Below, piece after piece: positions 50,802-61,115 of a DNA stretch of 64,000 nt. The first letter of the stretch is position 1; each line of letters opens with the position of its first letter. The notes beneath the pieces are model-generated. The model saw nothing but the letters and a program-made list of their open reading frames with translations. It was not told the origin of the DNA and did no database searches. The DNA comes from Marsupella aquatica (lineage: Eukaryota > Plantae > Marchantiophyta). Both the position numbers and the translations under genes were made by a program. Location: positions 20,533,292-20,597,291 of the forward strand of contig OZ316898.1 in the NCBI GenBank assembly GCA_973895155.1, read 5' to 3'.

Positions 50802-53372
50802 ATGTCGCACACGATCCTTTCCAGTTCGGCCATACGATTCTGGACTAAGTTCCTATCTATCGGAGGACACTTGGCCGACTCATTGAAACACGCCAACCCG
50901 CACCGATACGAGATCGAACGCGAATACGAGAGAGCCATCCGCCTAGCAGGACGACACCACTATCTCCTTAACTTTGATTACCTGTCCTAGAGCGAGCTTT
51001 ACCGACCCAAAGAAGTATCAGGGTACTTCTTCGACGGAGGCACTGCTTTGGCTTCCGGACGAGGTCTTCAATATTCCAGGCACGATCCACTTACAACGGC
51101 ACCACTTTGACCACATCCCCGCTCGGGTCTAGGCTATCATCAACGGCGAGTTCAACACTACTCGGTCGACAGGACCATCTTCACTTGTGTTGGAAAATCT
51201 CCACCGGCACTTGCAGAACTTTATGGCAACTCTACCATCAACTACCAGTGCCGGCCAACCCGTGCCCGTACCCGCACCTACACCTCCTCGGCCTCAGCCA
51301 AGCCGGTCCCCGCCACCAGTTCCACCACCTCTCCGAGTACGATCCGTGGTGAATGCGGTACATATCAGCTCCGAAGACGAGGAGGCTCACCCTCCTCTGA
51401 ATCAACGACCGTGGGGTACGAACAACCCCACACCACCCCAACAAGCCCAAGGGGACAACACGGTAACGCTAGCGGCCCCGGCACCAATACTCACGATAGT
51501 TGCGCTACCACCACCTGACCGAGAGGATGGAGAGATGTCCCCTTCTTCTAGTCACCCCGGGAATCAGTCTTGGGGTAGGAAGAGGAAGGAGCCCGCAGCC
51601 GTATCCGGGTTGCCTTTGGCCACGGTTGTGGTAGCCAAGCTGACCATGCATCGCATGGGGGACAACGTTCACAAGAACATCCTCCACCCCAAGCATGCAT
51701 GCTATCTGAAGACCTAGGGGTTTTGAGCACCTCGCCTCTCTCCCTTGGAAAAGGAGCAGGTATTACGAGCAGGATATGACAGAGTTCATTCAGAACTTCG
51801 ACGAGGCCCGTCAACAAACCCGAGCGCACGGGAGAGTGATGTGTCTCGATGAGGCATGTCTGAAGATGATTTTGGCTTACCCGAGGGGATAAACCGGGTA
51901 GAGTCACGGGCTCCTGGGGGCAAGGGAGCTAAATACCAGTCATCTAGCTTCCTAGCCAAAGGGGTAGTGGACAATGGGTTCTTAATGAGGACGTGCCTCA
52001 TTCCGGAGGTAGCAGAACGCCTAGAGTTCCAGCGGTATGCCCTCCACATGATGGAACCTAGAGGAGAAATATTGGCCGCTCAGGTCATCCAGGTGGAGAA
52101 CTATCGGCCCAAGAAGTGGGCGTCCTTCTTCATCAAGAAGTTCCACGAGGAGATGGAGCGGAGAAGGAAGACTTTGTACCTTGGTGCGAGGGCGTACTTC
52201 GCTAGCCACGTCGAAATCATCCTTGAGTGGTACGATCATTTTGACCACCGAAGCCTCTCGCATCTCAATGAGCCCGAGCTGACCCCGCCAAAATGGGTGT
52301 TCCTAGCCCAGGTAAGGCGACCACAGCCTGAGGCCCAAAGTCTGGCAGCTGCAAGTCCTGCTACCCCGGCCCCGCAACCCATCGCTACCGCCCCGCCAGG
52401 CATACCCATTGACATTATCGCGACCTTAGACGCGATCAATCAGGACAATGCCATCGAAGCCAGGCCGGATGAAGCCATACCCGAAGCAGATGCCACGGTA
52501 GCCGGGGAGATTCCTCCACCCCCCACGGTTGTGCAGGAGAACCACCCACCTCTAGTGGAACCAGCCCCTTCGACCGACTTACCTCAAGGGCTAGATGTGT
52601 CCACTCCTACTCCCGCACGGGTTTGAGTCTGCCCATGCCCGAATCCCGAAGGACAGAGTCTAGACCATCCGGAACTCTTTGCGTCGGGCACATTTCTGAA
52701 TGGGTTGTTGGGAGATTTCTCACAACAGATCTCTCGGGACACCGGGGAATACATGGTCTGGAGGGTGGCCTACTTCTTCAACCAGGAGTTGGTTGCGGCA
52801 GTAAGGGCAGCACATGCGCAGGCAGAGACCGCGCAAAGAATAGAGCGATATCGGGTTGAGTCTGCCTACCTGAAGATGAAGTGGCAACCCTAGAGGCTGA
52901 ACTCCAGCAACTACGGCCTCAGGTAACGGCCACGGAGGACCAGGTCGCCGAGGCTAGAGCCCAAGCAGCGTTGGCAGTACAGGCCGGGCTCAGAAAGGAC
53001 GTCGAGATTGCGCGGCTTCAAACCAAGATTGACGGTTTGCAGGGGCAAGCCGTCAGTTGGCAAAAGGATCTGGAGGAAGCTGACTCCAGGTCTCAGCGGG
53101 ACACAGCCAAGATTGATGCCCTAAAGGTAGAGGCGGCACGGCTTCAAGGAGAAGCCATGAAACAGGCCCAGTTGGTGGACAAGCTGACGAGCGACACCCA
53201 GCAACTAGAGGAGGCATGCCAGGAGGCCGCGGAAGAGGCAGACGCGGCGAAGCGGGAAAACAAATCTCTGCTGGACCAGGTCCAGCTACTCAAGCAGGAC
53301 GCCGACAGGCTCAGAAGGCAGGGGGATAGCCGCTTCCACTCAGGCGGCTCTGGCATGCGTGCCAGGCATTAG
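50802..53372 (+). pseudogene. Degenerate ~850-codon retrotransposon accessory ORF: Pro-rich segments, plant-transposon-protein-like domain, C-terminal coiled coil
   Basis: Colinear + strand pieces 50802-50990, 51187-51717, ~51720-51870 (GFEHLASLPWKRSRYYEQDMTEFIQNFDE...GRVMCLDEAC), 51856-52626 (FGLPEG...KWASFFIKKFHEEM...YFASHVEIILEW), 52705-52893 and 52881-53372 (heptad-rich LEAELQQL...LLDQVQLLKQDADRL). They are joined by TAG stops and small indels. Confidence 0.7.
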
Positions 53373-55906
53373 CGGCGGAGTAGGATTAGAGTAGAGTTAG
53401 GAATAGCTCAATTAGGCTATACCCTAGTTAGAGCAGCACTGCCATGCTGCACAACCTGCGTAGATTAGGATCTTCTAATAAGATAAGTTGTTTTCTAGCC
53501 TGATAGCCAGCTTAGTTAGGACCTTAGGTAAGCGAATCTTTGGGCATGAGGGCACTCCGTTCCTCGGCCCTTAGTATTTAGTGCGCCCCTCAGTAGAGGC
53601 AGAGGGGGTTTTAGTCTCAGTGTTGGACATCCGCGGTATGTGCGGGGAGTCCCGACCTCTGGGAGTGAAAGAGTATCGAGGAGAGGGTATGGGACTAAGC
53701 TTGCTGGGCAAGTGCGGAGCCGGGCTCCGTTGTAGTGTACACCCTCGGCCTTGGACCTGTTCATTCTAGAGCTTTCGGGTCAACTAAGTGTACGCATATG
53801 TCTCCTATGTAGTAAAATCCTTCCCCATTATTTCCTTCGTGTAAATCGAGATTGTATGCTTGCGCGTATGTGTATGTGTTAATCTCGTGTATAGGTGCCA
53901 ACGCTTGGCCAAACGCACTACCCAAGTTGGGCACGGGGTGCAACTTGCGGGTAGTGGTTGCGAGCCCGGGTTGAGTACCCATATCATCAAATCCGGATCG
54001 AAGGCGGACAACACGAAGGCTTAGAAGCCCGTAATCCGGGGTCGATCCTGTTATCGACTAAGGTACGTTCCGGCGGTGGAACACAAACCATACCTAGGAG
54101 GTATCCGTATATGACCATAGGCGCACTTAGCGCTAGTTTACGTGAGTTAGGTGCATTTCGTGCATCCCTCCATGCCCAAACCCTCATTTTGACGAAGGAT
54201 GTGCCTGTCTAAGCCGAAGCCCGGGTTAAGGCCTAGGCTGACGACGTGACACTTCTTGGGGATACAACGGATTACGCCATCTTTGATCCCATAGGAAATG
54301 TGACGAGTCCTCCAAAAGTCGCAGATCATATCATATAGGTCAGCTGTCACAAAATCCCAGCAGGCACGTAGAACTTCAACAGTCATACCATCTATCCCCG
54401 GTGCTTTATCATTAGGTAGCAATAGAAGGGTATCATGTACCTCCTTTAATAGTGGGTAAAGCTTCCAATTGGTGGTTCTCAGCGGCAGAGGGGGAAAAAT
54501 GAGTGTGCTCATAGAGTTTCCGTCTAGCAGCACGCATGGCCAAAAGTTCCTCAGCATTGAGTTCCTGCGGAGAATATAGCGCCTCACAAAAATTTTGAAC
54601 CTCCTTGATGATCAGATTTTCGTCATGAATCTTTGAACCATCATCTCCAATTAGGTACTCCATAGTCTCTCTCAGACGTTTTGCTTTGACCAAAGAGAAG
54701 TAGAACTTGGAAGGTTCCTCACCTTGGCCAAGCTAGTTGATCTGGGACAGCCGCCGATAGTGATGTGCATTCTCAAGTTCCATTTTGCGAACACTGTTAT
54801 CAATTAGTATAGGAAAATTCCTGCAAATCATTCGGAGCATGCTCGTCCATGATAGAGATTTTGAGGAGGCAAAGTTTGTTCTTGAGGATCGCCAGCTCTT
54901 CCTCCCGGGGCACCGGCAAAGATTGCAGCTCCATAAAGCACTTCCAAAATCTTTTGATTGCATTGGCAAAACGTAAATGAGGATCTGCAGAGGGCACACC
55001 ATCACCCCGCCAGGCAGCCTCTAAAAGATTCAGGTTCTCTGCCTTCCGAAGAACAGAGGGGTTTGCTCTAAAATAAGTAGCTCTCTTCTTATTAGAGGTC
55101 AAACGGGGTAGGGGAATCAGACGGAAGGTAATGAGTACAGGATCATGATCAGAGAGCGCCGACGACCCGTCATGAGTGAGATCCACAATCTCAGTAGTCC
55201 ATCTCCCTTCATCACTAAAGTAAAACCGGTCAAGCCTAAATTGAAATAGTCTACCATTTTGGACCCTGCGCCAGGTAAATGATGCACCAGTTACCTGGCC
55301 CAGAATGGAGATAACATCCAAGAGGTCAAACTTAGTTTTAAGAAATCACCAGAATTCCAGCTCGCAGCCACATATAAGAGGGGAAGCGCCAGTGGAGTCT
55401 TCACCCCTCTTGGTCATATTGAAATCACCACAGATAATCCAACAGGCTTGCAGTAAAGCATTGAGCAAATCGTTCCACAGCAGCAATCTTTGTCCAGATG
55501 AATTAGGCGCGTACAAACTTACCAATCCAAAATTTCCCTCCGCATGTTCCATCTGGATCCACACCGCCCTTCCACCATCGAGGAGTCCAGATGAGGTCAC
55601 CTTGAAAGAAGGGTGGATTAAAATAGCCGTTCCGCCCCTGCCCTCATCAGGGGCGGAGGAAAAATGTTGAAAAGAAGGTAGAATTGTTCGTAGCACTGTG
55701 TCCAGTCTGAAACCCTCCACCTTAATCTCCTGAAGGGCCAGCGCATCAAGGGGAGGGCGTAGAGAGGAGGCCCACTAGAGTACAACATGTTTCCGATCTG
55801 GATTGCAAAGACCACAGACGTTCCAAGAGGCGAAATGGAAAATACCCATTCTCCTAGTAAATCCATCACCTCAGCTCCCTCCTTAGAGAGAGCGACCAGA
55901 GCATCC

Positions 55907-56989
55907 TCATAAAGGAGTGAGCGGGGACTCCGCAGGTCCCAGCATCAGCAAGGTCGGGACGAGAGGAGGACTTTGAATTGGGTCCGCAGATAGAGATTCA
56001 AAAGTCGCCAAGGCAGCACCAATTCCTTCAGTATCAGCCGTGGATAGCTTCTTCGATTCCTGAGAGAGTCTCCTCTCAGGTGTGACCCAACCAGCTACAT
56101 CCTGCGATTTAGAATCCAAAGTGAAATGTAAGGAGCGTTGTTTTAGGGCTTTTCTCTTTCCCTTATCTTTCTTTTTATCTTCAGGTGGGGAACGCCGAGC
56201 CAATTTCCTTGCTCGGTCCTTCTTAATGGCAGAGCGCGAGACAATGTCTTCGTATTTTGATAATTCCATATCAGAAGGTATATCAGAGGGCAACAATTCT
56301 TCTTCCATGACATTTAAATCCTCAGATCCACCATGGGAAGACGGTACCAAAATCTCTGCAGCATGAGCACCTGAATTCGTGGTCAAATCAGGGATGGGAG
56401 TCTAAGGTAGAGGACACAAATGAGTCCCAGAGGGCAGCACCAAATTTTGAAGCTCATGGATGACTCTTGGGAATTCCGTATTGCACGCTAGTAGAAGCAA
56501 AGAGGGGTCGCAAGGAACTATATCAATAGCTGCCTCCTCAATCTCCCGAATTGTCACCACAGAGCAGGGATCAGCATCCACGCCTCCGATGCTACCAAAA
56601 AGAATAATCTCAGAAGATGTAGCCGCTACGGGGGGTGCCTCGACATTTGCAACAGGTTCATCAGTGGGGTTAATTGCAGCATCGCGAGCAGGTGGGACTA
56701 ACAACGGGTCCAGCATTTGAGTAGCTCTTTCTGGATTGGGCGCCTTCAAAGGGCAATCTAAATCCACGGCAGGGGGAGTCTGCAGTGCGGTGGCTCGGGG
56801 CAGGTGCCGGTTCTTCCTCATCGTGGGCTCTGCAATCTCTCGCCAAATGACCCTTCTTGCTGCACCGAAAGCAGTGAAAGGGAATGTTCTTAAAGATCAC
56901 CGGTTGCCATATAGAAAGCCCATTCTTGATTAGTACCTCAACACTGAGTGGTAATTCTCGTTGTGTATCCCACAGGATGCAGGCACGAT
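55907..56989 (-). pseudogene. LINE ORF1, C-terminal part (zinc knuckle + low-complexity tail)
   Basis: RACILWDTQRELPLSVEVLIKNGLSIWQPVIFKNIPFHCFRCSKKGHLARDC read from 56989, followed by frameshifted pieces 56402-56821 and 55907-56386. Confidence 0.8.
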
Positions 56990-57339
56990 CACTAGTGGAA
57001 AATAGTGTCCTTAATGACTAGAATGAGGACTGAAAAACGAGTCATATGTACCAATATATGACTAGAGATTTTCTGTCATACCTGCCTCGTCTTTTAGGAC
57101 AGTCAATTAAGACAAATGACTAAAACTCTCACCAGTCATTTATGGTAGTCCTAAATGACACAATATTTCTGAAATGACATGTTGTCCTAAATGACTGAAT
57201 GAACGGCCGTCAGTCATTTAGGCATATCTTTAATGACACATATTTAAACAAATCATATTACAACACGTGGTAACTACACATGGTTGTTATTATATGTCAT
57301 TTCAGACATGTCATAAATGACACAATAATAAATCATTTA

Positions 57340-57670
57340 AGGTGTCATTTAGTGTGTCATTGAAGGTGTCGTACATGGTGTCATTAAAAATGTCATACAA
57401 GGTGTCATACAAGGTGTCATTGAGGGTGTCATATAGGGTGTCATTGAGAGTGTCATTGAAGGTGTCATTGAGGGTGTCATACAGGTTGTCATTGAGGGTG
57501 TCATACATGGTGTCATTGAGGGTGTCATACATGGTGTCATTGAGGATGTCATACATGGTGTCATTTAGGGTGTCATACATGGTGTCATTGAGGGTGTCAT
57601 ATAGGGTGTCATACATGGTGTCATTGAGGGTGTCATACATGGTGTCATTGAGGGTGTCATATAGGGTGTT
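57340..57670. repeat. 12-bp tandem array (~27 units) in the CACTA subterminal region, mostly alternating GGTGTCATTGAG / GGTGTCATACAT (24-bp higher order)
   Basis: Read directly from the sequence. It produces the artefactual TLNDTMYD-repeat ORFs on both strands. Confidence 0.95.
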
Positions 57671-57777
57671 TTTAAGTAATGTCATTTGGGATGTATCTAA
57701 GAAGAGCTCATAGTTATATTCAAAATCACATACAATGAATCCACTTAAACCCTAAACAAAGACATCACTTTGCGCAT

Positions 57778-57921
57778 CATCATTGTATTCAGAAATTCAC
57801 ACTCCAACATTCACAAGCTCTAATATAGAATAATTGAAAAAACAGAAGTCATCATTGTATTCAGAAATTCACATTCCGACATTCACAAGCTCTAGTATAG
57901 AATAATTGAAAAAACAGAAGT
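57778..57921. repeat. Tandem duplication, 2 x 72 bp
   Basis: CATCATTGTATTCAGAAATTCACA...AAAAAACAGAAGT starts at 57778 and 57850. Confidence 0.9.
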
Positions 57922-58027
57922 CTTTATGATGAAGTGATAGAAAGTACACATTTTTCACTCGCATGAGTGAAACAATGGTAACCAAAATATTCAAAAATTC
58001 TTTGTTCTACATGATCAGAGAAAATGT

Positions 58028-61000
58028 TCAACACTTTCGAAGAAACCTAGCATTCCACAATGTATTCATTCCTAACACATTCCGTAAGCAGAGTTGTTTC
58101 TCTTCTTTGTTGGGCATTGGCAATGCTGCATCACCACAATACACTGCCTTAACTGATACTCGCACCCAAGGACTCTCAATCATGACACAATAAAATTTAT
58201 CCTCTCCTGGTAACCCTGTCACTTCACCTCTAGCAACAACTGTAGAGCGATCCACAACGCTTCGTACTTCTACAGCATCTCCTTTTGAAAACTGCCACAC
58301 AAAATTGTTAGGACAAAATATTGTCTTGTAGTACTGATTTGGGCATATCATCAATTTAAGAACATAAACCAACTGAAAACAAATTCACCTTTGCTGCTGG
58401 ATTTGGGGAGAGAACTGGTCCTCGTTCACTAGGTGAGATAGTGATAGGGGTTATTTTCTTGAATCTCTTTGAAGGCCTAGGTGGTGTAGCCTCTTGTTCC
58501 TGAATTGCATTTGACACTATCTGTTCATCTGTGATAGCAATCTCATCACTTTCACCATTACCAATGCTGCTTTGTACAATGCAAGGTTCCTGCAGTGCTC
58601 CCAAATTTGCTTCTCCCATACTTGGCTTTGGCTTCTGCCTTGTTAAAGTATCTGATTTCTCTCGCTGTGATATAGGTTTCTCCCCTGAAGAAGCTACCAC
58701 AAAACCAAACAATGAATGTTTAGAAAACTTCATTCCAAATTGAAAAATAAATTATTGCATATGTAACATGTTTAGAGTATAAGTTTGTATGTTCTTACCA
58801 TCACCATCACCTGAGAAAGTAAGAGAACGTTTCCTGCTACTACCTTTAGGCTCAACCACCACCTTAGTAGCAATTGCATTTGATAATTGCATATGGAACT
58901 GATTCTGTTGATTTTGTGCAATGAAAGAAGTCATCATAGATGTCAAATTGTCCACTTTGAACTCAAGCTTGGTTAAATTCTCCACAGACTGTTCAAGCTT
59001 GGGTAATCGAGCTGGTTCCTCAATTGTAGTTTCCCTGGACAGTGGAGTCTACATACACAAACACACCATACAATGTCAATCATCAATAATAATTTGAACA
59101 TCATGGATAACTTATAATCAAAATTGAATATATATACAGGTTTTCATTACATACCGCTGATCCATGTGCAGATCCAATTCCAACAAAACTACTGCCTCGA
59201 TGTTCACCACTGCCCATAGATGGACTGATCTGCACTAGGGGGACTGGACTACTAGACACAAGTTTTGATATAACAGGGCTTGTCAATCCTTTTGCTTTCT
59301 GGAAACACATAATCACATTCAAAGCAATTAGAATATTAATGAGAACTCATCATGTCATTGTTTACTCCTATACTAGATAAACACTTCAATTCAAATGACA
59401 ATCTAGACCTGCAGTGAGATGGACCATCTGAAGATTCTTACCAATCTTTTTTTTGCTCCAGCAGCCCCTCCTCTTCCAAAATGCTCTTTGTTCACCACTT
59501 CTGCCCTCCTTGCTTTCATCACAGCACTCCTTGCAAGCAAAGCAGGACTATCAAAATGATCCACCAGTCGTGCCCATTTCAATGGGTCAACATATTGAGG
59601 TCCTGGTTTGGAGCGATCACGTTTACATACATCCTTCCAATAAGTATTTAGTTTGTGACGTTCTCTTTTCAATAACGTCCGACAGTGACTAATAAATTTC
59701 TTGTCAGACACTGACTGCTTATCTGGATACTCCCAATCTGCCTCCATCAATTTCTGCACATCCTCAATTATGTTTGGATCTTGTTTGTTCCAATCAGGTT
59801 CTGATACATAAAAAAGCCTCAAGACATTGGCACGTAGCTCCTCCATCCAATATGGTTTATTAGGATGAGAATCATCAATATCATTGTCATGAATCTGATA
59901 AAAACACCACAAATGATAGTCATCAACATTGAGAATGAAACAAACACCCAATTGCTTCTGAGTACACAAACTGTAGGCCACAAATGTGAAATGTGCAATG
60001 AAAATCTTACCGTTATCAATTTTCCCTTCTTATTGTCAGCCCTTCTTACACTACCGGTTCTCTGGAATTGTTTTTTGGCTTGCCTAGATTCCCTGCGTTG
60101 CTCTGTTGCAGTCTTTCTTCCCTCTACATACACAATGAACATCCAATATTGATCATCCACAATTGTAAAATGAGGGACAAGAAATATTACAATATAATAG
60201 GAGGACGCTTCATTGAATTTGACTTACCTGAACCCTGACTGGATGTCACTACTGTAGAGTGTCCAGATTTCCCAATCGATGTTGATGGAACCACCACTAT
60301 ACACATGCAAACCACTGGAATTATGAATCCAACATTCATATAGATCAACATTGAAAAATACATTGAAAATCTTTGAAATTACTTACATTCAAATAGCTGG
60401 CCAGTCACAGGGTCTTTGTAACATTGCACCATGCCACTCATGGAAGGTCCAACCTTTGTAGGGGTTTCTTTTGCATCTGCCAAGCTCTTGGATGGAGGTT
60501 GCAGATGGACCTGTCCAGATCAAGTTAAAACCAATGTTATTAAACAGAATCACTACCAATGTCTATAGTTTCCTCATATTGTTGGTGAATGTAATAAGAA
60601 TCTCACCTTGGATGAACTTTGTGGTTTCTCATCTTCATTGTACTCAGCATCAGTGTCATAATCTGATTTAGAACCCTCATCACCAGACTCTGCCATACTC
60701 ACTGAGACAATTCTTGATAGTCTGGAGCTCTGTCTCCTCTGTGTGGTAACCTCACTTCTAGGAGTTCGTCGTGCACTTGTTTCCTTCTTGCGCCCTATGG
60801 TCTGTGTTGCACCCAATCTACATCAGAGAATATCAATGAATGAATGACAAGTACCAACAACCAACTCATATTGCTGATGAGCAATATTAACACATCTTTG
60901 CACATTCAAAACAACATGCAAGATTATACTCACATGAAATTGAAATTTTCTCCAAATATCTCCCTGAATTTTTTATTGTTGTCTGCTACCTTCTTATTTT

Positions 61001-61035
61001 GTTCCTCCTCATATGGAGGTATTCGCTGCATTCAC
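58028..61035 (-). CDS. CACTA ORF2 (TnpA-like), multi-exon; exon boundaries approximate
   Basis: Exon fragments bounded by GT-AG include ...PGPQYVDPLKWARLVDHFDSP...SAVMKARRAEV...HFGRGG (Ptta/Transposase_24-like) and a terminal GDAVEVRS...VVARGEV...WVRVSV.AV...DAALPMP...VLGMNTLW (Tnp1-like). Confidence 0.7.
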
Positions 61036-61115
61036 TGCTAGACCATGGCATGCCATGTTAGTATGATCCCACTATCAACTAAATGAAACCGGACTGTACA
61101 GTATCTTCAAACCAT

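Larger units (their letters stand above)
50329..54251. mobile_element. 3923-bp TG...CA element with 5-bp TSD; probable solo LTR of a Ty3/gypsy-type retrotransposon carrying an internal gene
   Basis: Termini TGTGACG...CGTGACA (6/7 inverted match) and TSD CTTCT at 50324-50328 and 54252-54256. No gag, PR, RT or IN motifs and no internal direct repeat were seen. Confidence 0.8.
48545..55849 (-). pseudogene. LINE ORF2 (APE endonuclease + reverse transcriptase), fragmented
   Basis: ORF pieces 55346-55720, 54800-55321, 54433-54693, ~54252-54440, 49685-50328, 49513-49740 and 48674-49537. Removing the insert and one TSD copy restores GVIRCIPKK-TDKHCLCDWRPL. Confidence 0.92.
48545..56989 (-). mobile_element. 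L1-clade LINE retrotransposon, degenerate, 3'-truncated, interrupted at 50329-54251 and cut in ORF1 by a CACTA element at 56990
   Basis: ORF1 has RACILWD...PFHCFRCSKKGHLARDC (zinc knuckle). ORF2 from ATG 55849 has ASWNVCGL, ALQE, YAPN, GDFN, RLDRFY and SDHDPV (APE), then KAPGIDG, WRPLTML, QQTGFIPGR, LDFEKAFDRV, GVRQGCPLSPLLF, FADD, KYLG and PKLDGGLG (RT). Confidence 0.95.

Noticed and set aside
57311-57713. ORFs of 124, 123 and 71 aa with TLNDTMYD / VSLRVSYM repeats
   Set aside because: Artefacts of a stop-free 12-bp DNA tandem array in the CACTA subterminal region.
4189-61103. Recurrent TACAGTA/TACTGTA (Tc1/mariner footprint-like) words
   Set aside because: About 14 seen by eye versus roughly 12 expected by chance on both strands at this base composition, so not enriched.
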